Shown here: piece by piece, positions 36,134-47,945 of the stretch | Layout of the letters: each line of letters opens with the position of its first letter | Numbering within the stretch: the first letter of the stretch is position 1 | Source: Octopus sinensis | Lineage: Eukaryota | Length of the DNA: 64,000 bases | Reading direction: 5' to 3' | NCBI RefSeq assembly: GCF_006345805.1 | Contig: NC_043014.1 | Location: 13,516,001 to 13,580,000, forward strand | Notes under the pieces: model-generated | Database searches by the model: none | What the model saw: only the letters and a program-made list of their open reading frames with translations | What the model was told of the DNA's origin: nothing | Translations under genes and position numbers: made by a program

Positions 36134-36449
36134 TGTGGAGGTGCAATGGCCGAGTGGTTAGGGCAGCGGACTCGCGGTCGGAGGATCGCGGTTTCAATTC
36201 CCAGACTGGGCGTTGTGTGTGTTTATTGAGCGAAAACACCTAAAAGCTTCACGAGGCTCCAGCAGGGGATGGTGGTGACCCCTGTTGTACTCTTTCGCCA
36301 CAACTTTTTCCCACTCTTCCTTCATGTTTCTTGAGTAACACTGCGATGGATTGGCGTCCCGTCCAGCTGGGGGGAACACATACGCCATAGAAACCGGCAA
36401 ACCGGGCCCATGAGCCTGGCTAGGCTTGAAAAGGGCGAGGAAGGAAGGA
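36134..36449 (+). mobile_element. tRNA-headed SINE family D with (GAAG)n tail and 11-bp TSD
   Basis: A box tggccgagtgg and B-box-like ggtttcaattcc. AGAGAACATTT at 36123-36133 and 36450-36460. Confidence 0.75.
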
Positions 36450-36794
36450 AGAGAACATTTATCACTTTGTTTCTTTTTATTTTATTAAATATTAGTAAAG
36501 CAAATAAGAGATGACATTCTTTTTCTCCATTGGCATTTATGCACTGAAAATTCTTTTAGATTGTATAAACTGAAACCATGGTTGCCACATAACAATGCTC
36601 ATTAGGTTATGTATTTTATGTAAAACAGAAGTTATCAACGTCGCACATGGCTTCTAACACAGAATATTATTAAAGTGCCACCAAATTCATTGTTAGCAAT
36701 GAGTTAGTCAAGATTTGATATAACTTTCTCTTTATATTCACCACTCCATGTAGATATTTTAATGAATTCTCTGTGAGCTCTCTCTCTCTCATAT

Positions 36795-37130
36795 ATCATC
36801 ATCATCATCATCATCGTTTAGCGTCCGCTTTCCATGCTAGCATGGGTTGGACGGGTCAACTGGGGTCTGTGAAGCTGGAAGGCTTCGTCAGGCCCAGTCA
36901 GATCTGGCAGTGTTTCTACGGCTGGATGCCCTTCCTAACGCCAACCACTCCGCGAGTGTAGTGGGTGTTTTTTACGTGCCACCTGCACAGGTGCCAGACA
37001 GAGCTGGCAAACGGCCACGAACGGATGGTGCTTTTACGTGTCACCGGCACGGGGGCCAGCCGAGGCTGGCAACGGACGCGAACGGATGGTGCTTTTACGT
37101 GCCACCGACACGGTTGCCAGACAGAGCTGG
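36795..37130 (-). mobile_element. RTE-3'-end-derived copy with about 3 UTR units
   Basis: Same terminus and units as the copy at 22830. Confidence 0.8.
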
Positions 37131-37165
<35 letters not shown>

Positions 37166-38218
37166 CTCTTTCCAGTATAGAAGTACCCTTGTGAGACATT
37201 TGGTATTAATTGGCAAGCTGTAATGTTGCTGCTATTGCATTGTGGTATTTGGATTGGGTGTTTTTCTGTGACTTTGGTTGTAGTGGGATACTTGGGTTAT
37301 GATGCTTTCCAAGCAAGTGTAGCTAACTTTAACATTATTCTTATTGAAAAGTTTACAAGCATTTAGGTTGCAGAAAAATGTTTCCAGGAAATTACTAGCT
37401 AAGCTCATATTGTAGGAAGTGATGTTTTTAAACACAATAGCACTAGGAAAAAAAATTGATTTTTTTTTTTTTTTCCCCCTAGTGTTATTGATTTGTAGAG
37501 GGTTGCTCCATATATATTCTAGTTTTTCTTTTATAGTAAACAGCAAGTGACTTTGTGTATGTTTGTGTATGTAAATATGTGTGTGTGTAAAAGTTACTTG
37601 AACATCTGAGCAAATAGATTATTTTATCATGGTAAAAAATTTAAATTTTGTGTTATAAAGCATTCCTCCTATTTGCAAATTGATAACTTTGGGCTTGTAG
37701 TCTGTAGGCAGATGGATCCCATTCATGCAATGAAAGTGGTGGGGAGGGTTATAAGGCAATACCTGGAGGCAAATCTAGCTGGACTTTATGGTGTGTATTA
37801 GTTTATTACAGAGTGAATTATGGTAAACAAGCATCAAATACTATCATGAAGAAGTTAAAGATAAGCAGAACTATGAGCTCTTGTCTGTGGGAGACCAGCA
37901 GAGCTTTAGAACCACTTTAGAAATACATTGGTTGGTAAATTTAATGTGATACACTCTGGATGTTGCTCTATGTTACACATAGCTAGCACTTCACTGCAGT
38001 GTGTGCAGGCTGACATATACTTGGTACAAAACCTGGATGTGAATTTTAGCTTCATATAACTACTTCCATGTTGGATCTCTATTTATCACTACCATGTTGG
38101 AGCCTATACTTGGTCATTCTTAATACAAATACCAGCCAAATCTTCCTCAAATTATGTCCCCCGTGTCTTGATATGGAAAAGGTACATCGAATAATGTAAT
38201 TTTTATTTTATTTATTTT

Positions 38219-38619
38219 ATTTTACTTGTTTCAGTCATTTGACTGCAGCCATGCTGGAGCACCGCCTTTAGTCGAGCAAATCGACCCCGGGACTTATTCT
38301 TTGTAAGCCCAGTACTTATTCCATCAGTCTCTTTTGCCGAACCACTAAGTGACGGGGACGTAAACACACCAGCATCGGTTGTCAAGCAATGCTAGGGGGA
38401 CAAACACAGACACACACACACACACACATACATAAACATATATATATACATATATACGACAGGCTTCTTTCAGTTTCTGTCTACCAAATCCACTCACAAG
38501 ACCTTGGTCGGCCCGAGTCTATAGTAGAAGACACTTGCCCAAGGTGCCACGCAGTGGGACTGAACCCGGAACCATTTGGTTGGTAAACAAGCTACTTACC
38601 ACACAGTCACTCCTGCACC
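38219..38619 (-). mobile_element. SINE family A copy
   Basis: Full-length reverse complement of the 6243 copy. Confidence 0.85.
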
Positions 38620-40069
38620 TAGATTCCCTGAAATATAATTGTGATTACCATGGCCAGAATGCTTTTGATTATAAATTTGTGTGACTGGAGCTGACTTAGG
38701 CTAAACAATACCAACTACTAATTTTCCGAGTCTTCAAGGGAACCCCATATAGTGACTCAACCTGCTAGAAATAGCAGCCAAATCTTCATATATCTTACCT
38801 TCTTAAATGAAAGGACACATTGGATAATTTAGTCCAGAATACACTATGCCTTTAAAAAACTGGATGGTCACTGCTGGAATGCTTTTAATTAGTTTTGCTT
38901 GATGAGAACTGACTTGGAGACAAACAACAACAATAATGACTCCCTGTATGGTTACTTGAACTGCTAGAAATAGCAACCAAATACCCCACCCGGTTTTATC
39001 CTTAAAATAGGGCGCCTTGAATAATGTAAACAAATATACAAAAGAAGTGGTTTAATCCTTTTGTATTCAAACTGGTTATATCAGGCCTAAATATTCTGTT
39101 TCATGTTCAAACCAGTCAGATCTAGCCCCCCCCCTCCTACCCTGCATTTTTTGGTTTGAGCATTCGGCTCATAATCATGAGATAGTGAGTTTCATTCCCG
39201 GACTGAGCTGTGTTGTGTTCAAGACGCTTTATTTCATGTTGCTCCAGTTCACTCAGCTGTAGAAATGAGTTGCAACATCACAGGTGCCAAGCTGTATCGG
39301 CCCCTTTGCTTTTCCCTTGGATAACACTGGTGGCGTGGAGAGGGGAGGCCGGTATGCATGGGTGACTGCTGGTCTTCCATAAACAACCTTGACCGGACTT
39401 GTGCCTGGGAGGGTAACTTTCTAAGTGCAATCCCATGGTCAGTCATAACCGAAGGAGGTCTCTCAATATACACATATATATAAATGCCCATGCGATGCCA
39501 TGTAAAAGTTCCCAGCACACTGGGCGACTGCTGGTCTTCCATAAACAACCTTGTGTCTTGGAGGGTAATTTTCTAGGTACAATTCCATAGTCAGTCATGA
39601 CCGAAGGGGGTCTTTACCCTCTACATTTGACAATAATCTGAATGCCAAAGTGTTAACTACAGCTTGAATGTCCTTCTTCAGTAGGCCTCTTAGATCTTTT
39701 TTGAATTTGGGTGTGCCTAGTTGCCTAGCAAGTATAATTTCAATACGATTATAAAAGACCTTTCTTTAATGTAGTTTACGCTAGAATTAGAAGCAACAAG
39801 GTTTTCTATTGAGCTATAAATAAATTCAAAACTGAAAAATTGTTTATTGACCGACATTTAGACAGATTTAGTATTATATTTTCTTATGCATTCTTTTTTA
39901 TGTTAAGAATTTGACACTTGATTTTTTTTTTCTTTCCTATTAATGGGTTGGAGATTTCTCTATAGAATTTATTAGTTTAGATATCACTTAATTCTGAGTG
40001 TAGGGCTGTACAGATGAAAATTACTGCTGTATTGGTGTGTCTAAAATGCTTATGGGCAATGGTCACTAA

Positions 40070-40105
<36 letters not shown>

Positions 40106-40141
40106 CAGTAGTGGCAGCAGCAGCAGCAGCAGCAGCAGCAA
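40070..40141. repeat. (AGT)n-(AGC)n compound microsatellite
   Basis: Direct reading. Confidence 0.9.
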
Positions 40142-40793
40142 GATTCACTATGTGACTTTGTCAGTTGAAACAAATTTTTTGGAGGGTAGGAAGTTACAAC
40201 ACAACAAAATATATATGCTAGCTTAAAAGTTATGCTCCATGCAAACTTTTAATACATGCAATATAACTATAATACATGTAATGACCATATGCCTCAGTGA
40301 TGTTTGATCAGAGAACAGATGAGAATTCTGTAGTACAATCATTCCATTGTTTTAGTTCAAAGCTGAATTCTAACTGTTGGCTAGTTTGTTCCAAAGTTCC
40401 TATCTTGATGTAAAATTAACGAGGCAGATGTCATTTATCTCACCCTCGATTTCTGATCCCCTCTGACTAATGCCAACCAAAATGGTGTGAATCAGCCAAA
40501 CTTTACCTCTAGAAATAACCCTAATGCTTTTAAATCAGATCCCAATGCTGGTTGTTCAAGAACCAAATAAAGGGCAGATTTTCAATCCAGGATCATCCTG
40601 ATACCAAAAAAGATGTATGTCTATGAAAAACAAAATGTAGACTGAGATACAGACAATTTTGCTTTTATTATTATTATTATTATCTTTAAGAGATATCAAG
40701 CATGTCAAATTTATTATACGTAATAATTGGTTATGGAAATATACCCCAACTGCAGATGACACCAAGTAGCCCAATTCGTGTGAGTGCTTTATA

Positions 40794-41550
40794 TGAGGTG
40801 GTATCAAAAAGTTCTTGCACTAGTTACGTTTAATAAAAAATAACATGCCAGTGGCACGTAAAAAGCACCTTCTGAACGTGGTCGATGCCAGCGCCGCCTT
40901 GACTGGCTTCCATGCTAGTGGCATGTAAAAAGCACCAATCCGATTGTGGCCGTTGCCAGCCTTGCCTGGCACCTGTACTGGTGGCACGTAAAAAGCACCC
41001 ACTACACTCATGGAGTGGTTGGCGTTAGGAAGGGCATCCAGCTGTAGAAACACTGCCAGATCAGACTGGAGCCTAGCGCAGCCTTCTGGCTTCCCAGACC
41101 CCAGTCGAACCGTCCAACCCATGCTAGCATGGAGAACGGACGTTGCATGATGATGATGATGATGATGATGATGAACTTATTTACCTAAGTTTTAACATCA
41201 TCTCCTTCAAAATAGCCACCTTGCACAGCAATACACTGGTCCCAGTGTTCCTGCCACTTTTGGAATCCAGCCTAGAAGTCGTTTTCTGTAAGCGAGTTGA
41301 GGACCTTCTGAGATCTTCACAGTGCATGCTAAATCTGGCAAACAGGGTGGGTGTGGAAATGATACCATGTTTCTGGAAAGAAACTCTCGAGTGAGGAAGC
41401 TTGGTGACAGGGTGCATTGTCATCATAAAGAATCCACTTCTTTGCACTCCACAGATTTGGTTGCTTTTACCTAATGTCCTCCCTCAAATGCTTCAAAATG
41501 TTGCAGTAGAACTCTCAACTGATGGTCCAGCAGGGGGGGGGGGGTATTTG
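40794..41550 (-). mobile_element. Mariner fragment (same family as 3473) interrupted by an RTE-tail copy (about 40846-41172)
   Basis: TIR tgaggtggtatcaaaaagttc. Minus-strand remnants GFFMMTMHPVT and aagtggcaggaacactgggacc. Confidence 0.7.
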
Positions 41551-41562
41551 ATGCACAATAGG

Positions 41563-41945
41563 TGCAGGAGTGGCTATGTGGCAAGTAGCTTGCTTAACAA
41601 CCACATGGTTCTGGGTTCAGTCCCACTGCATGGCACCTTGGGCAAGTGTCTTCTACTATAGCCTTGGGCCGACCAAAGCCTTATGAGTGGATTTGGTAGG
41701 CGGAAACTGAAAGAAGCCCGTCGTATGTATATATATTTATATATGTGTGTGTTTGTTTGTGTGTCTGTATTTATCCACCCCAGCATCACTTGACAACTGA
41801 TGCTAGTGTGTTTATGTCCCCATAACTTAGCGGAGACCGATGGAATAAGTACTAGGCTTACAAAGAATAAGTCCCGGGGTCGATTTGCTCGACTAAAGGC
41901 GGTGATCCAGCATGGCCGCAGTCAAATGACTGAAACAAGTAAAAT
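41563..41945 (+). mobile_element. SINE family A copy
   Basis: Full-length match to the 6243 copy. Confidence 0.8.
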
Positions 41946-43109
41946 AAAATAAATAAAATAAAAATTACATTATTCGATGTACCTTTTCCATATCAAGACA
42001 CGGGGGACATAATTTGAGGAAGATTTGGCTGGTATTGGGCTACCTGGTGTCATCCGCAGTTGGGGTATATTTCCTTAATCAGTTATTATGTATAATATAT
42101 TTAACATGCTTGATGTCTCTTAAACAGAATGATGTTTCTCACTTATGTGTGTATGTTTGTGTATGGGCATGTCTATGTGGTTAAGGCATTTGCATTGCAA
42201 TTCGTGGTCCAGGTTTCAATCTCACTTCATGGTGCTGTGACAATTTTTTAATTATAGCCTTCGTTAACCTAGATTTGATGGATGAAACTGTGTAAAAGCA
42301 GTTTCTGTATACCAGTTATCTCCTTTGCTCTCTCTCTCTCTCTCTCTATTAAGTGCTATTAAGTTAGACATGGCATGGGCCTATACTGGCTGAAACCCAT
42401 CAAAGTTATATTGATCAAAACAGTTTGATTCAAATTCGTTGGTCCTCTTGAGTTTTAAGCGTGATGCTAGTCATCAGCCATTTTGAATTTGAATGACAGA
42501 AGTTGATTGTTATTACAATAAGGTGAGCTGTGATTGGTAGCGGATGGTCAAGCAGTGGCGTGGGTTGGTGTTAGTACATGAGTAACAGTTGGAAAATACC
42601 ACATGATGAACAGGAAATTGACGACATGGAGGACAGGAAATCGATCACGTAGTGATTAGAAAGTCGGTCAGGTTGTTGGTGAGGAAATAGGAAGGGGTGG
42701 CATGTGCAACTATATATGGGTAAACAGACATGCTCATATAGTTTTGTGTGCATGTATATATTGATGTGAGCATGCACATCTGTACATGGGTGCATGTACC
42801 ATGCCTGCATACACATTTGGGTGAACATGCACACACATATACACATACATGCATACACACACACAAGTGTATTCATAAATATGTTTATGCACACACACAC
42901 ACATACACACACATGTGCATTCACATGCATGCAGGTGCGAATATACATTCGCAAAACAATCTTTGGGGATTGGTAAGCATCAAGGACTGGTATACATTGG
43001 GGATTGATATGCATTGGGGGTTGGTAAACGTTGGGGATTAGTAAATGGTAGTCTTGCTCATGGGGTTGGTTGGTAGCAGTGACCTTGGTGCAGGCAGTGC
43101 AAAGTAGCA

Positions 43110-43565
43110 GCTGTTGCTAAGGTTAGCATGCTGGGCGAAATGCGTAGCCATATTTCGTCTGTCGTTACGTTATGAGTTCAAATTCCGCCAAGGTCGACTT
43201 TGCCTTTCATCCTTTCGGGGTCGATAAATTAAGTACCTATTTCTTTACTACCCACAAGGGGCTAAACACAGAGGACAGACAAACGGATTAAGTCGATTAT
43301 ATCGACCCCAGTGCGTAACTGGTACTTAATTTATCGACCCCGAAAAGATGAAAGGCAAAGTTGACCTTGGCGGAATTTGAACTCAGAACGTAGCGACAGA
43401 TGAAATACACCTACGCATTTTGCCCGGCGTGCTAACGTTTCTGTCAGCTCACCGCCTTAAATTAAGTACCAGTTACACACTGGGGTCGATATAATCAACT
43501 TAATACCTATGTCTGTCCTTGTTTGTCCCCTCTATGTTTAGCCCCTTGTGGGCAATAAAGAAATA
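43110..43565. mobile_element. SINE family B copy with a second family B copy inserted inside it in the opposite orientation
   Basis: Inner copy 43238-43457 is flanked by the TSD TAAATTAAGTACC (43225-43237 and 43458-43470). Confidence 0.85.
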
Positions 43566-43569
43566 GGTA

Positions 43570-44975
43570 TATCCAGGTCATCAGCAGTCAGAGGCCTGAA
43601 ATTTGCCAGAAGGGCATACCTCTGGTGACAGCAATACGATAAATCTTATTTCTTTTTGATGGATACTGCAGGTTGTTGGAGGATATGCAGTTTTTTGTGG
43701 TGGCAGAGCTGGCAGTTGTGGGTGTCGAGTGAATTTGGTGGCGCTCTGTCAACAATAGTCTACATGATGCTGGGTATTTCATCTCAGAAATCATGGAGTC
43801 TCCAGAAAAAACGAGACAGAGAAGTAGAATTCTCTCTGTCCTTGAATCTGAATGAGTGCATATGCTGGGAGTATCTTCCCTTGAAGTCATTAGCTGTCAT
43901 ACCTGTATAGTGCGTAGTAATGCCATTGGATGGTGTAAGGGTGGCTCTGTATACTACGGCCCTTGAGAGGCAAGATGCTTCGAGAGGGCATGTGGTGGGG
44001 TTTCGGCAGTTGCAGGTTGGGGGTGGTGTGGGTGCATTTTTATGTCTGTTGATGCGTGCTATGTTAGATGCAGTGTTGTCTAAGCAGGAGTAGCTCACCT
44101 TGATATTATGAGGGTTGATGAGTGTGTAATACTTAGGGCCTCTGGGGAGGTGTTACTTAATTAGCGACAGGAAGCCCCTAGCTATATTGGTGGAAACTTC
44201 TAAGTTGAAAGGGGGCGGTTATACCATATAATTTTCCTCCTCCTAATCCTTTTGAGGTGTTGATAGAGTGTTTGAGGGTTGTTCATATATGTGAACTTCT
44301 CAGTAAACCTGCTCCTAGCCAAAGAATCATTGTAGTGAGGCGTGGCCCTGTATAAGATCTCTCTATTGGCTGACAAATTAGATAGTCATTTACTAATGCC
44401 TGGAACCAGATTTCTAATTATAGTGGGGAGATGGTTTGAGCTCTTGTGGATGTATACTGTATCCTCATTTGGTTTCCTGTACAGGTAATACTTGCCTGTA
44501 CTCAGGTCTAAGATTATGTCAAAGAAACTGACCGTAGTCAAGTTGATGGTAAACATTATGGACATGCTGAACTCCTTAAATATTTTTATCAAATCCTTCC
44601 TGAACCTGTCCATGGCGTGGTCATTCATATGGCTTGAGATAGCCAGGCCATCGTTCCTATAGAGGCCAACCTATATTAGAAGGAGGAAAATTATATGTCT
44701 CTTGATGGTATCCAAGATGTATAACCTGACGAGGTCAGCAATTTCAACCCTGTCAAAACTCCCCACAGAGACATCGAACAATGGGTCGCCTTCTTTTTTC
44801 ACCCAGAAGGAATCGTCATGGGCCACAATTGACTTTCTGGCATTCATGATAATTCTGATGTCAAGGTCACTAATGCTGATGCATTGCTCAGCAAAAGTTA
44901 GGGCCTTCAGAAGGAGGGGCTTAGATACAGAAGGGTAGAAGTCGACAATGTCGAACTGGGTGCATCAAATACACA
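43570..44975 (-). mobile_element. Penelope-like element (RT plus C-terminal GIY-YIG endonuclease), degenerate and 5' truncated
   Basis: QFDIVDFYPSV, LFDVSVGSFD..EIADLV.LYIL, GLYRNDGLA, SNH.P, RRRKIIWYN.PF, SYSC, CNCRNPTTCPL...VVYRA...YTGMT..FK.RY.QH motifs. Confidence 0.9.
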
Positions 44976-45713
44976 TGGCAGCAAAACTATGAGTGTCTGC
45001 TCACCCACATATAGAACTATATAATTACATATGCTGCTCCTTCCTACTCCCCCCCCCCCCACACACAACCTGACTCATTTCCTAATCACTACATAGTCTG
45101 TTTCCTATCCTCAAGATAGTCAATTTCCTGTTCGCTATGCAGTATTTTCCAAAGAACTGTGACCCATATACCAATATCAAACCACGACACCGCATGACTT
45201 TCCTCGCTCAATCGCAGCCCACCTTACAGCCTTGTGTATAAGTGACTTGGCATTATCCCACAAACATTTTTATCCGGAAAATAATCCTTCTGGAATAGCA
45301 AGTATGACCTAGTGTGTGGCAAAGTTAGGTCTTTCGAATTACAGACACTAACAAGCTTCCACAGTTTCTGTACCTCTCAGTTTCATTCACAAATTTTAGA
45401 GTGGCCCAAGGCTATGGGAATTTTGACATTTGTTCAAGATACCATGCATCAGGATCACATCTGAGAAATCCTTAATTGCAAAGTTTACGGTCTTAACCCT
45501 TAAGCTACACTTGTGCACCTCCACGCCCTTCCATACATATGTGACTCTACATTTTGTATTCAGTTCTATATCAGATGTTTTGAATCAACTTTTAACACCC
45601 CCACCATGCTTGTTAAACACTTTATATTACTAATATATGTATTTCCTGTTTATAACTTCTAATCTCTCTCACTCTCTCTCTCACACTCTCTCTCTCTCAC
45701 TCTCTCTCTCACA

Positions 45714-45766
<53 letters not shown>

Positions 45767-45769
<3 letters not shown>

Positions 45770-45811
45770 AATTTTTTTTTCCTTGTAAGTTTGGATTTTA
45801 TTCCCTCAAAT

Positions 45812-45853
<42 letters not shown>

Positions 45854-46241
45854 TGAGGGAATAAAATCCAAACTTACAAGGAAAAAAAAATTCAATTTAG
45901 AAATACTAAATCAAATTTCACACAATATAATATATATATAAAAAATTAGAAAAAAACCACCTTTTATCAATTCAAAATGAACAATTAAATTACACCATCT
46001 AGAAAATTACATATAATAGAAAAATTATATAAAATAACAATAAAATGTCAAAGATTAAGTAAATTGCAAAAAATAATAAAAACATATATAATACGTTTTT
46101 ATTATTATTATTTGCAATTTACTTAATCTTTGACATTTTATTGTTATTTTAATTTCAATTTTTTTTATTATATGTAATTTTCTAGATGGTGTAATTTAAT
46201 TGTTCATTTTGAATTGATAAAAGGTGTTTTTTTTCTAATTT
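45767..46241. repeat. Two adjacent AT-rich fold-backs between (TA)n tracts
   Basis: 45767-45895 has arms of about 48 bp around (TA)n. 45943-46241 has arms of about 130 bp. Confidence 0.8.
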
Positions 46242-47277
46242 CATATATATATATATATATATATTTGTATTGAAAATTTAAGAGGTTTTATATATGAGAG
46301 AATTGATATTAAAAATAAAAACAAGAAGAAAATGCTTTTGAAAATTTTGGTTTTGCTTGTTTTAAAAGTATGTTTACTTATACTGTAACAGAAGGTAAAA
46401 TAATTAAAATAAATTAAATTAATCTCAAAGTTTACTTATTTTCTTAGAAAATTCTTAACAAAATCAACAACAAGCAAAGGAAGCAACTACCAGCACTGCA
46501 TTTTGAAAGAAAAGTATGTGAGCTTCCAGGAATGATACCATAAAATATTAATTTAATTTACTTCAATGTATTTAAATTAAATTAATCTTCCTTCTACATC
46601 ATGACTAAATTGTCTTTTAAAACAATTGAAACCAGTAGCATAGTTTGATAATAATGTAAATACTTTCTTTTGTCCATGATAAAATCCTGAAAGCATTTTC
46701 TTCTTTAAATATATATGTGTGTGTGTGTACACATATCTATATGTGTATGTACACTCACACAGACTTACATGTATGTATGTATGTAAGAAAATTTATCTTT
46801 GTAGTGATTTCAGTGACGAGTATTCAAATTAATCCATCAACTCATTAAACTATAGTATCAACATTGACTCATTTCAGTGATTCTTTCTAGCAATGGCTTT
46901 GCTCATATATGAGAAAGCAGCTAAGGTGTATGTGTGTGTATGTATGTATGTATATATACACACACACACAAACATGTACAGTAGCAAGCAAAAAAAGAGA
47001 ATGATTAATTTTTTTTTTAATTTCGGGAAAACTAATAAACATACAAATTCGCAGTTGGTTTCATAAATACGGTTAACCATTAGCTAAATTCTGTGAAAAA
47101 TCTAAGTTTGTACAATGGTCTGAATAAAATTACATTGAAAGAAATGTAAATATGAATACAGTTAGTACGATGTTTGTAGACCTTTGTTGGAGATCACCTC
47201 TGCACATCAATTACCACAGGACATAATAAGTTTCCTGCACAAGTCAGGTCTTACTTTCTTCCATTTCTCTTCTAATC

Positions 47278-47537
47278 ATCATCATCATCATCATTTAGCG
47301 TCCGTTTTCCATGCTAGCATGGGTTGGACGGTTCAACTGAGGTCTGTGAAGCCAGAAGGCTGCATCAGGCCCAGTCTGATCTGGCAGTGTTTCTACGGCT
47401 GGATGCCCTTCCTAACGCCAACCACTCCGTGAGTGTAGTGGGTGCTTTTTACGTGCCACCGGCACAGGTGCCAGACGGAGCTGGCAAACAGCCACGAACG
47501 GATGGTGCTTTTTACGTGCCACCGGCACGGGGGCCAG
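47278..47537 (-). mobile_element. RTE-tail copy inserted into the Tc1 transposase
   Basis: Splits the Tc1 coding remnant NLWEI|LEEKWKK. Confidence 0.8.
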
Positions 47538-47656
47538 GCAAGATCTCCCATAAATTCATCCTAGTAGTTGGTGCCCTTTGTCTTACTTTGTCTCCAAGTA
47601 TTTTCTAAAGGTTTTCAATTGGATTTTAAGTCTGGACTTTGTGATGGCTACTTCAT

Positions 47657-47945
47657 TACTTGGATATTTTGTTCACTATTATAGTGGGGAGATGGTTTGA
47701 GCTCTTGTGGATGTATACCTTATCCTCATTTGGCTTTCTGTACAGGTAATACTTGCCTGTATTCAGGTCTAAGATTATGTCAAAGAGACTGACCGTAGTC
47801 AGGTTGGTGGTAACCATTGTGGACAGGCTGAACTCCTTAAATATTTTCATCAAATCCTTCCTGAACCTGTCGATGGCGTGGCCATTCATATGGCTTGAGA
47901 TGGCCTGGCCATCGTTCCTATAGAGAGCCAACCTATATTAGAATT
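47657..47945 (-). mobile_element. Penelope RT fragment inside the Tc1
   Basis: Closely similar to 44400-44690 (LYRNDG...SNHLPTI). Confidence 0.85.

Noticed and set aside
40014-40226. Poly-Ser ORF
   Set aside because: (AGT)n/(AGC)n microsatellite with no convincing splice context.
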